NCBI RefSeq assembly: GCF_000143415.4
Contig: NW_003314390.1
Span: 24,973-88,972 of the forward strand
Origin: Selaginella moellendorffii
Lineage: Eukaryota; Plantae; Lycopodiophyta
Length of the DNA: 64,000 nucleotides
Direction of reading: 5' to 3'
The notes under the pieces: model-generated
What the model saw: only the letters and a program-made list of their open reading frames with translations
Database searches by the model: none
Told to the model about the DNA's origin: nothing
Part shown: piece after piece, positions 11,135-22,856 of the stretch
Layout of the letters: each line of letters opens with the position of its first letter
Position numbering within the stretch: position 1 is the stretch's first letter
Position numbers and translations under genes: made by a program

Positions 11135-12544
11135 CTATAATTTTTTGGTTTATCTAAAAGGCTCTTTTTTGAGTGGAAAGGACCATATTGAGTGTTGCGG
11201 CAAGTTGGACCACAAATTTATGAAGTTTGGCATGATGTCTAGTAAATTGATCCTCGAAAATTATGCATGTGTAGTAGTTAAAATGCTTCATACAAAGGGA
11301 TTATAAACAAATGGTACTACCTACAAATCCACTAATGCCTTCTGTTCTTCCAAATCCCGGCCTATCTACAAGAGAACCTTAATAGTCTTCCATTATTCTG
11401 AGAGGAGGGGATGATATAAGATATAAGTGTATGGCTACGATGCCATATATTAATATTACCATAATGGGATTTTAGTAGCCATTATATTGGTTTCAATCCG
11501 GACCATTCACTCTTGTATATAAATTAGGGCTTTTTAGTTAATTGATATGCACACTTTCTATATTCCCTTTCCATATTCTATGCACTCATTATATGTGTGT
11601 GTATATGTATGTATATATATATAGGAATAATATTTAAACTTATAATAGTAAAAGTGTATTATAAAAGATTTATATATACAATACCTTTAAAAATATAAAA
11701 CAAAAACATAACTTAATAATTTTTAAACATTAATATTACCTTAATATTTACATAATAATGTCAACCATACCATTACCTTAATTTTATGTTTTTAATTTTA
11801 AAATAAATTTAATTTTTTATTTTTTATTATTTGTGGTGCAGCACTATTTCTTCTTAAATATTTAAAATAAATAAAATACAAATATTTAAGGAAATTTTGC
11901 TAAATAGGAGAAAAATATGAGAGTCATTTTATATTGTTACAAATGGTGAATAAAAAATAGATGTTAAATTATATTTTTTTATGATGTTAAGTTTCTTATA
12001 ATAATTATAATATAAAATGTTATGTTTTCATATAATAAAATTTGCAATATCACATAAAGTTACAAAAATTGCATTAAATGTTTTGCATCTTATTTATTAT
12101 GCTATAGTAAAAAATTACAATACAATTAACTTTACAACATTTTTTACTTTTATTTACTAAAAAGTTATCTATAATGTTAGAGTTTGGATTAAAAAATTTT
12201 TAAAGTTCACTATGGTCATAAGGTTAGTAGTGGGTAATTTTTTTAAACAATGCAATATCTTTAAGTGGGAGATAAACATTAATGTTGTAATTTATAATAA
12301 AGTTTTGCAATATAGAAAAACTCATTATGTTACATCTTGTAACATTAAATTTCCAAAAAATTGTTTTATTATTTTGTATTATCTATTTTGAAGTTAGCTT
12401 TTTTATTTATTCATGTTAATCAAGCTTTTTATTATTCAAATAATTCCCTAATGGGCTAAACAAAGTTTACTTTAATAGTTTATTTTCATTATTGTTCTCA
12501 GATGTGTCCTTCAACAATGGTACTCGCAAATGCCGATCTCACCA

Positions 12545-12780
12545 AACCCGGCATCCTTGTTGATCCTCACTGGATGCAGCCATACTGGTATCATAGCTCA
12601 AGGACTGGAGGAGTTTTTCTCCAATCGACCATGGAATCTACTGCTGCATGGTGGGCGTCTTTGGATGAGCCAAGCATCTGGGTGAAGCCCAGGAGGTTGT
12701 CGAGAGCATGCCTTTCGAGCCGGATTCGAGTGCCTGGCTGACTCTACTGTCCAATAGTCATGGGGACTTCGAGAGGGGTG
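12545..12780 (+). pseudogene. PPR (PLS/E-class) C-terminal fragment
   Basis: Frames give LTGCSHTGIIAQGLEEF and YCCMVGVFG*AKHLGEAQEVVESMPFEPDSSAWLTLL. Confidence 0.75.
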
Positions 12781-13300
12781 ATGGATCTTGACCGGAAGAA
12801 ATCGTTACCTTATATACTTTTGTCGAATATGTACGTTTTTTCACGCTAAAACGCGAGGAGCGTTCTGGCAACCAACGAGTTACATTAGAAGCGCACAAAC
12901 TTAAAGGTTTTCTAAACGCGATTGGCTCCATGGCTCTCATCTCGGCCTGTAACTTCCATCTCGATCCGTTTTTGCTCGTCCCGAGTTCTCTGAATTTGCT
13001 CTAGAGAAAACAAACTCGTAAGTTGCCATCTTCACTGAGAGATGGCTAATCTTTCACGTACGTACATGAACTCTGCTCATCAATCTTTTCCTCTTCTGCT
13101 GCAGGTGACTGTACTTTCTCTGGCTTTCACGCTGCTCCATGTCTTGAGCGAGGGAGACGAGGAGCTGCTTAGAACACTGTGGCCACTTAGAGCAGAGCAC
13201 GGAGGAACTTGGACGCTGCCGAAGCAAGAAAAACAATTACGCGCTGCATGTGGTCATTTCCTTTTGCTCCTTTTAAGGACACGGTAAGCTGCGATAGGGT

Positions 13301-14602
13301 ATGGCTACTATCTATGTTCCCCAGAAGAGGCAAAAGCGGCACTGGGATGGTATGATCACGAATGGCAAGGTGAGGGGTAGAATCACAGGTACTCTGGATC
13401 ATCGCATCTGGTCCCAGCTGCCTTTGGAAATCCAGCTCCACATTCTAAACTTCTTGCCAGTGCCGGCACTTTGCCGTGGAAAGAGTGTCTGCAAGGCTTG
13501 GAAGTCCGCAATCCAGGGCACCAGAGCTCAAGGGCAGTGGTATATCATGGATGGTTACTGCAGTGTTGGGCTCTGTGATGGAAATTCCAGATCTCTTTCA
13601 TGGAAGATGATTAAGATTTTCAAACCTTTGGAGGAAAGAACAGAACATATCTGTGTGTCTTCTGCCGGGTTTGTTCTCGCATACTTTATTTTGGACAGGT
13701 TACAAACTATAGTGGTGTTCAACCCCTTGAATTTAAGGTCCTTGGTGAAGCTGCCTCGACCACCTGGTTCTAACCTCATACTTTTCGTGGCAATCCAATC
13801 TTCAGTTGGTAGTTACCACAGGCCTTGGTTTTCTGTGATTTGTCTCCGGGGAATCAAGCCAACGATGACAGGTGCACGCCATCTCGTTCTACAAGTTTAT
13901 GATTCGAGAGTTCACAAATGGGTCTCGTCTTGTCGAGTATTCACAAGCAGAGATGAAATTGCCTAGGTTTCCTTTCATGACGCCACCAATTGCATGCTTC
14001 TACGGGAGGACAAGCTTTACTTTATCACGATCACAAAGAACAACACCAGGTCGCTCAAGTGTGTCAACGTGTGGGATTCACACGGCAAGGTGGCGACTTT
14101 GGCAACGTGGACGAGCCTTCCCATGGGCTTGCATCAAGAAACATACGACGCCCCATGCCGGTACAATAACACCTCACTTGTTTACTGCGCTGGTAAGTTT
14201 CTTCTTTTTCTTTTGGGATATCTACATGTTTGTGATTACTGAGTTTCAGGAAAGCTGGTGCTTGCAAACTTGATTCCAGACAGTGTCGATGCACAAACCC
14301 AAGTTGGTTTTGTCTATCTGGATGAAGCATCCAGACAGTGGCAACCCTTGGCAACTATGCCTAGAGAGAATATGCCGGCAGAGCTTAGAAAAGTTGGGCT
14401 GCGAGCAGGCAATATGCGTGAGTGGAGTTTGATAGTGGCGGGAGGGGAGACGGAGATCACCTTGTTCATAACTCACTTAACGTTCGGTTGGGGTTGCATT
14501 TACAATAAGGAAACCGGTATCTGGCGACCAGCTTGTGGCCTAAGGTCCGAAGGTGGTATGCTGTATCCTTTCAAGCCATCATTCCATCCAGTCTCCATTT
14601 AG
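13301..14602 (+). pseudogene. F-box protein gene with one premature stop (TAG 13964-13966); intron 14193-14249
   Basis: F-box LDHRIWSQLPLEIQLHILNFLPVPALCRGKSVCKAW. The frame continues past the TAG, through a 57-bp GT-AG intron, to YPFKPSF. Confidence 0.82.
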
Positions 14603-14894
14603 TTACTCCCATTAAAGTTGCTATTTTGTGGTGTCATGAATGAGTATGGGAGGTGAAGAAATTCATAAAAACTTTTTTTTTTCAAACTGTGAGTGCATGG
14701 AATATGGAAAGGGAATACAGAAATGTGCATATCAATTAGCCCAAAAACCCTAGCTTATATACAGGAGCGAGTGGTCCGGATTGAAACCAATCCGACGGCT
14801 ACCAAAATCCCACTACGCTAATATTAGTATACGGCATTGTAGCCGTACACTTGGCCCTCACATCATCCCCTCCTTTCGGAATAATAGAAGGCCG

Positions 14895-17800
14895 TCAGGG
14901 TTCTCTTGTAGATGGGCCGGGATCTGGAGGAACATCAGGAGGAGGCATCGGTGGATCTGTAGATGGTATTAACTGCTCCTGATCCCTTTGTATGAAGCGT
15001 TTTAACCGCTGCACATGCACAATCTCCGGAGGATCGGCCTGCTGAACGTCATGCCAAACCTCATAAACTTGTGGTCCAACTTGCCGCAACACCCGATACG
15101 GTCCTTTCCACTGCGCAAGGAGCCCCTTAGATAAACCACGTACCGTAAGATAGGGAAAACGGACTAACACCAAATCATCCACTTTGTACTCCGCAGGTGG
15201 ACGATGATGGGAATTGTAGCGCCGTTGTTGTCCCACTTATACGCGGCCTAAGTGTTCAGCAGACTCTGCTCGGACAAGTGGAAGAATGCTTGTCAAATAT
15301 TGATCCCATGACCTAGCATCAGGAGCTCGTGGCAATCGCGAAGGTAAACCTAGCTCTGTTGGTAATATTGGATCATGACCATATAGAAGTTTATATGGTG
15401 AAGCACCAATAGAACTCTGCACCCCTGTGACATAAGCATACCGAAGAGACGGCAAATAACCATCCCAATCCGAATGTTGAAAGTTCACATACTTCGCAAT
15501 CATCCCTTTGAATGTCCGAACGAGCCGTTCCACCAGACCGTTTGATTGTGGATGATAAGCACTCGTAAAAGTGTGGCGTATCCCCAACCGAGATGTCAAA
15601 ACATGAAATACCTCAGCCATAAATGCAGGACCATTATCCGAAAGAATCCGCTCTAGACAAGAATGCTGGAACACCACTCGATTGAGGAGGAAGTATCCAA
15701 CAGCAGTTGCAGAGGCACTAGCAAGAGCACCAACTTCCACCCAACGAGTCAAGTAGTCAGAAGCAATAATAACATACTCATTGCCAGCAGTTGATCGCGG
15801 AAAAGGTCCCATAAGATCAAACGCCACCAACTCAAATGGACGAGAAACTGCAATTGACTCCAACTGTCCTTCCGCAGCACAAGGGGGAGTATTACAAGCT
15901 TGGCACCAAACGCAGCTACGCACATACCAGATAATATCACGTCGCATCTCTGGCCAATAGAAAGATCTGCGCAGCTTCTCAGTGACACAACGGTGTCCCA
16001 TATGCCCACCTAGAATAGGAGAATCATGGTAGGCATGGAGAAACCGCGGAATAAACACCGAAGGCACCACCAGCCATAAATGATCATCAGGATCCGTCCC
16101 CACAAAATAAAGAAGGCCATCTTCAAGGTGATATTGAGAATGTAAATGCTGAAAAGGCAAGTCATCAGCAAGTGATGCATGATTCTCAAACCCATCTCGA
16201 AGCCTTCGAATCCACAGCTCAATCTTTTGAGCCTCGCGAACCTCATCCAGAGAAGGTAGATCTTGCTCTATGCCTTGTGGACACTGAACGTCAAGGACAG
16301 CAACCGCTGACGGCACAGAATCCTCATCTAGAAAATCCACAGATGCTGGAACAACAGGTTCATCAGAAACATGAGAAGTGAGTGGAGAAGGAAGAGGAGC
16401 TCGAGAAAGGGCATTAGCATCAGCCATAGAACTCCCTGGGCGATGAACAACATCGAAATCATATATCTGAAGCTTCAAAGCCCATCGAGCCGTACGACCA
16501 ACCAGGTTCTTCCGCTTCAATAATGAAGTAACAGCAGCATGGTCACCTTCAAGTAACGTCCGAGAACCATGTAGATATGCATGAAGTTTCTCGAAACCCC
16601 AGACTGCTGCTAAACACTCCTTCTCCGTTGTGGAGTAGTTCATCTCCGCTGGTTGTTACGTACGGCTTATGTATGCAATGGGATGGCACTGACCAGGCAC
16701 ACTCGAGCTCTCTTGCATCAACACACCTCCAAGACCAATGTCAGAAGCATCCACGCGCAAAATAAAAGGTCGAGTGTAGTCAGGATATGCCAAAACCGGA
16801 GGAGTCGTCAATAGGTCTTTGAGATTCACGAACGCCAGCTCACAATCGGGAGACCAGATGAAAGATGACGTTGATGACTTCAGCAACGCTCGCAATGGTG
16901 TAGTGCGATCGGAAAGATGATCCACAAAACGACCGAGATACTGCACCTTACCCAAAAAGCGCTACACATCATTCACACACTTCGGAGTAGGGAACTTTAG
17001 AACAGCCACAAGTTTGTCAGGATCAACTTGCAAACCCTCACGAGAAATACGGTACCCAAGATAAGTTGTGTCCTTGGACCCAAACACGCACTTCGACCGC
17101 TTCAGCTTTAAACCAATGTCGCGTAGCCGATCCAACACTTTACAAACATCACAAACATGCTCCTCCCACGTCCCCTCCAAGTGGATCAAGACATCATCAA
17201 TGAAGTCAGCCGTTACCTCTGGCATATCGCAAAGAACCTCGTCCATCATCCGTTGAAAAGTTGCTAGAGCATTGTTCAAACCAAACGGCATCACCAAAAA
17301 CTCGTACAAACCAAATGGTGTACGAAAAGCAGTCTTAGGAATATCTTCTTCAGCCATCGGTACTTGCCAATACCCAGAAGCAAGATCTAGCTTGGTGAAC
17401 CAACGACTTTGCCCCAGACGATCCAAGAGATCAGCAGTGTGAGGAAGAGGGTACACGTCCGGGATCGTCACTTCATTTAACGGACGATAGTCGATGCAGA
17501 AACGAATACTCCCATCAGGCTTCGTCACAAGATGAGGTTCACATGCCCAAGGACTCCGCGACTTCCGAATAACACCCTTCTCCAACATCTCCTTGACGTT
17601 TGCACGTAAAATCTTGATCTCCTTGGGTGACCGACGACGAACAGGAACCTTGATTGGACGAGCATCCCCGGTTGGAATGGGATGATGTGTGGCAATCTTG
17701 GCCCCAGACGATAGGTCAAATTCAAAGAGATCAGAATACTCCTTCATGAGTTGGTCAACAGCTGTAACACAAAGATCATCGGAGGGATCGGAAAAGGGAA

Positions 17801-18383
17801 GAGCAGAACAAGATGGAAACACAAGAGGAAATAGTGGGGGAACAAAAGTAATGGAAGCAGAGGTAGAAGTAGAGGGACGAAGAGGTACGGAAGTGAGAGG
17901 AATGGATGAAACATAAGGAAGTATGAGACAAGGGGGAGAAGCCTCAAAGTCACACTTGGCATGATTGTGCTGCAACCAATCCATACCAAGAATGAGGTCA
18001 AAAGCTTGACTCGGCACCACCCGCAATGACTGCAACTCAAGCTCGAGATCGCCCACACGCACAACCAGGTCCGCCTCATCTCGTGCACATGCATGTGTAC
18101 GGCCGTTGCCATAAAGAATGAAAACTGGATCCGCCGCACGACGCAAGTGTAGACGACAACGTGTGGCAACAGGTCGAGCAATAGAAGATAAACTCAAACC
18201 TGTATCAACCAACACGGAGAGAAGAATAGGAGACCTCTTGTTATAAAAACGAGCTTGGAAAGTAAACACTGGATGAACCGGTGCCGAGTGAATCCCTTGA
18301 TGATACTCCCGAAAGAAAGATGGAGGGGTCACTAACTTATTCGCGCAAGGTCCCTCCATTACTCGCGCGACTCCTCGTTTCCC
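14895..18383 (-). pseudogene. Gypsy pol in the -1 frame relative to gag (stops at 16962, 16656, 15237)
   Basis: ORFs 16962-18494, 16656-16955, 15237-16643 and 14895-15236 are one frame broken by single stops. Confidence 0.92.
18320..18383 (-). other. -1 programmed ribosomal frameshift signal (G GGA AAC + H-type pseudoknot)
   Basis: Slippery heptamer at 18383-18377 in the gag frame, 6-nt spacer, stem 1 UCGCGCGAG/CUUGCGCGA, stem 2 AUGGAGGG/CCCUCCAU. The shift enters the pol frame. Confidence 0.85.
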
Positions 18384-19291
18384 GAATGCACTTCGGTATC
18401 CAAACCTTCCACCGCAGCAGCACCAATGGGACGTTGCTGACGCCAAGGTCTCCACCCAGGAAATGGAGGTCGCCAATCCGGAAAGCGCCGACAACGCCGA
18501 TAAGTATGACCAACTTCATCACACGCCCAGCAACGAACGTCACGGCCATGACCACGTATTCGCCCTTGTCCTTGGACTCGAGTAGCAGCAGCATCAACCT
18601 CCATGGGAACAAGACCATCACTCATAGGAAGTGGAGCTGAAGGACGTGTAGCAAGAAGTGGAAGAGGCGACGTCTCATAACGTTGTGCCAAGCGAAGAGC
18701 ATCATCAAGAGTGGTAGGAGCAAGTGCATGCACAAGTCCGACAAGATCTTGACGAAGTGCTGGCCACAACATTCCTAGCTTGATCCGCTCCGACATATTT
18801 GGCTCCGCACGAAGCAAAAGACTTCGGAAACGAACGCCAAATTGCATCACCGACTCAGATGGCCCTTGGCGAAGACGATGCAATTGTTGGAAGGCATCAT
18901 CATAATCGTCGGCGTGTCCGAAGGCGCGTTTGAAGACGTCCGGAAGAACACTCCAATCGCCACGAGTAGCTGCGCTCAATCCATTGTACCACTGCAATGC
19001 CGTCCCTTGGAGACATGTGGGGAACTCACGCAAACGTCAAGCATCATCCCAAGAATGATATGTGGCAATCACCATGAAGTGATCGAACCAATAGTACACA
19101 TCATCCCCAGGATTCCCACGAAAGAACTCCGGCCGAACGCGAGGATTGGCACCAAAAGCAGGAGGAGTTGTACCATGTGCCGTGAACGCCGCCATCAACT
19201 GAGTTTGGTTGTTCAATTGCAAGCGCATAGCATCAAGCAATTGAACCAACTGCTACTCTAGAGTCAAAGGAGGAGATTGCGGATCGGCCAT
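18359..19291 (-). pseudogene. Gypsy gag (two premature stops, ~19253 and 19037)
   Basis: Retrotransposon gag motifs (LQGTALQWY, LRQGPSESV) and a CCHC knuckle CWACDEVGHTYRRC. Confidence 0.9.
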
Positions 19292-21250
19292 GAAAATGAA
19301 TGAAAAAGAAAGAGCAAAAGAAGAGAAATGACAAAATGCTGGAAAGAAATGGTAGATCTAGACAATGCAAAAAGCTAGATTTAAACCAAAATCCTGAAAG
19401 GAAAGAACAAAAGAAAGAAAATGGAAAAAGCTAGATCTAAACCGAAATCCCAAATCCAAGCACTCCCCAGGGACAATCAAAGGTGCCCCTCATCTCCACC
19501 AATGTGAGTGCATGGAATATGGAAAGGGAATACAGAAATGTGCATATCAATTAGCCCAAAAACCCTAGCTTATATACAGGAGCGAGTGGTCCGGATTGAA
19601 ACCAATCCGATGGCTACCAAAATCCCACTACGCTAATATTAGTATACGGCATCGTAGCCGTACACTTGGCCCTCACAAAACAAATATCCTTCATAAATAC
19701 TTAATTTTTTAATACAACATTTTTTTCCAGGTTCCAGTTTTATTGTGAGGACATTCAACACAACAGCTCCCCAAATTCACAAAGGTAATTGCCCAGATAT
19801 TTCATGTCACTAAACAAAACTCCACGACCTTGCAAAAGTTCTATTACAACCATCTTGCGACGGGCAGCCTCCAATTCATCTTCAAACAGATCTAGATCGT
19901 AAGGTTCTAGCTTCATAGAGCCAGGTTTGTGGATTTAAATCCAGAGCAACACTCACACTGGGCTGAAATTTGGTATTGATTTCTGTTAGAAACATTATCT
20001 ATCAAACCACACCCGATTATCAGGTAGGTACATGGCTTTTTTTTTTCTGGTACTGGTCACTTTTTCCTTCCATATCAGCCAGCTGGAGTTGTGGTTATAT
20101 AACGTATTGCGCTGAGAGAAATCTGCAGAATGCCAATGAAGTTATACAGCGTTTGCCATGGACAGGGCGATCATTAAGCTTGGAAATACATTTTTCTACG
20201 GGGATGGAGTGTTTGCGTTGGAGAAAAATTTTTATGGGATGCCTCTGAGGATCTCTGCCAAAGAAGGAGATTTTGGAAGAGTCATTAGTGAGAGACGTTA
20301 TCAAACTCAATATCAGCCCAGCAGCACCATTGCTGGCATTTGAGTGTAGAACGGAAAAGTGCGTATCTTTGGCTCGTTGCTGCCAACAGAAATTTGAGGC
20401 AGATCAGCAGATTGGCTTACATCCTTCTCCTTTTTCTTAGGCCCTTTTTTGCAGAAGCAGAATGATCGAGATCTCCCAGATCCATGGCGACGCTGTGGCT
20501 GCTGTAGATGATTGGAAACAGCATGTCGCAGAGCACCGAGGTCATGGCAGCCATCTGGGAGGACGTCTCGGGTCTCAAAAACGCACACTACTGCAGGAAG
20601 CTTGAGGAGAAAGAAGGAAAGTTAGCCGAATTTCCATGCCGATTTGCGTTGACCGACACCAACCTGATATGTTTCATTGTGATGGTTGGACAGTTTCACT
20701 TGAAACCAGGCAAGCAGCTGCCTCCGGTTTTGCAACCTCCACCGTCCTAATTGGAAAAATGCTCTATGGGACTTGCAAGCAGCCGAGAACTCTCGGCCTG
20801 GAATCAAAATGGTTTGCAAACCAAGCCTTGCGTATTCCGGAGAATGCTCCACCAGGCTCCACCACGGTAACCATCGCGACAAGACCACCTTCGTGCCCGA
20901 ATTGCCCGAATCAGAAACACAGCCTGGGAAGCAAGGGTCTTGATTTATTCTGGCGTGTTGATCTTGTTGGTGGTAGCATTTGTTGGATTGGCCTTAAGAA
21001 TTTGAGGTTCGAACAAATCGAGAGACCCGGCAGTGCTCATATTATTGTTTCATCGTGTTCTTGTGTGAGATGGCAAAGTATACAACACTGCCTAGCATTG
21101 TACAAACCATATTCGTCGTGCTTTACTACATGCTTGGGTACTCTTGACAAACTGGATACTTTCTTTCGGTTACGTTCTTCACCACCTTTCCTGTCTAAGA
21201 CTAATAAGACTACAAGCTCTCTTTGATTAACATGCCTGACCAACATCCTT

Positions 21251-22693
21251 TCACAATTTGGACACGTCGGGTATCCAAAACGCTAAAACATATGAGGCAG
21301 TCGCAAACATGAGCCTTCGCGGAGCCCATTTCACCACGGCAGGAATTCCAGCGTTGTTCGTCCAGCACGCTACCTGGAATTCAATCAAAATAAGTCTTTT
21401 TTTTCCTCTTTTTTAGCACGAGAATTTCTCTCACCTCTGCACCGCTTAAGGAGCTCCATATTCTCAAACTTCCATCCCCGGAGCCTGAGATTCAATACTT
21501 ATAGCTATCAGGAACTGATACAAACGAATGTTACCTGAGATAACATAGCGACCGTCTGGACTGAACGATGCTTCCAACGTTTCTCCGTCTCGACTGGGCT
21601 TGAGCGTGAATCCATGCATCTGGGAAGGAGCTCGGTATAGACTTAACGAGCGAAAGAGAAGTTTACCTTCTTTCCAGAGTAGGCATCAAGCAAATACACC
21701 CGGCTGTTTGTTGTGGAGAGAAGCATCATTTTGCCATCGTTGCTAAACTTCATGCCAGCGACTTCCGCGGTATCACCACCCACGAGAAAAGTGTCAAAAG
21801 GTCCCTGAAGCATTCGTTCGGACTTTCATAAAATTATTGGAGAATCAATCACTTCTTACCTTGTCGAAAGACCTTACGTCAAACAGCTTGATTGCTCCGC
21901 CTTCCATGGCAACAGCAAATACCAGGCCTTGTTGATCATACGCCACAGACGGTCTTCCCCGGACTCTAAGAAGACCCTGAAATCATGGAAATGCTCTAGC
22001 CAAAGTTCTGGAAGAAAACGCAAGGAAAGAGTTTTTCTTACTTGGCAAACATTGCTGCGAAGATCCCACAACCGGACAGTGTGATCCAATGACCCAGACA
22101 TGAAAGAATCGTTCTTTGGAGACATACATAGTGATACAACCCTGTGAGGAAAAGAAATAAAATAAGCATGGCCTTGGGTTGCTCCAAAGACTCACCTTTG
22201 CGTGTGTCCTCTGAAATATCGTAGAAATCTATTATCATACAACGATAGATACCGCAAGGACTCTGGAAACAAAGAACGAACCTCAAACACACAAAAAACG
22301 TTCTCTCTTACCATCACTTCCATTGCTGGAGGAAAAAATCACAGCATTGGTGTGATGCGTGAAACATATGTGATCCACGCCATATCTTGCACTGTAGAGA
22401 GTCTTCATGGGCCTGGATGGAGCAAAGAAAAGGAAACTTGAAACCTCCCAAGAACTCGGGGGGAAAAATCACTTACGTCGCACTGGCAGTATCGTAGAGC
22501 CGAATGGACGCGTCCTCCGCGGCAGTCACCATGAGATCCTCCGTGCGATGAAAATCCAAGGAGCTGATCTTCCCCCCCTGCCGCATTGCTCGTTTGCCAA
22601 GATTCTCGACGCATTGCTAGCAGCTCTACTTACACAATCCTTGAAGACCGCGCCCACAGACATGTTCTTGACGACATCCTCCGCGATTTCCAT
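21251..22693 (-). CDS. WDR82: WD40 protein WDR82/Swd2 (APRF1-like), multi-exon
   Basis: [19 protein letters not shown] start; [22 protein letters not shown]; [20 protein letters not shown] end; short GT-AG introns. Confidence 0.92.
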
Positions 22694-22856
22694 CGCCCCC
22701 GAGAAATCGCGGCTATGGCGCCACTGCGAATTTGCCCTACCACTAGTGCTCTGTTTTAGGGCTCTTTACGAGAATATTCGACTATATTCGCCTTTTAATG
22801 AGAGTATTCCGTTATATTCGAAAATGATTAAAAGTCTGTTAACAATGAAATTATAG

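Larger units (their letters stand above)
6580..11590 (+). mobile_element. Heavily AT-mutated, rearranged Gypsy element of the same family as 14688-19677
   Basis: Decayed LTRs at ~6580-6741 and ~11415-11590. PBS tggtggagatg at 6743; PPT gaggagggga at 11402. Broken gag/RT/RH/IN frames parallel the intact copy. Confidence 0.92.
14688..19677 (-). mobile_element. Full-length recent Ty3/Gypsy LTR retrotransposon (non-chromovirus type, 4990 bp)
   Basis: 175-bp TG..CA LTRs at 14688-14862 and 19503-19677 with 2 differences. 4-bp TSD AAAC. PBS TGGTGGAGATG (tRNA-Ala-like) at 19491-19501; PPT next to 14863. Domain order gag-PR(VDTG)-RT(FIDD)-RH-IN(HHCC, GPY/F); no chromodomain. Confidence 0.97.
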
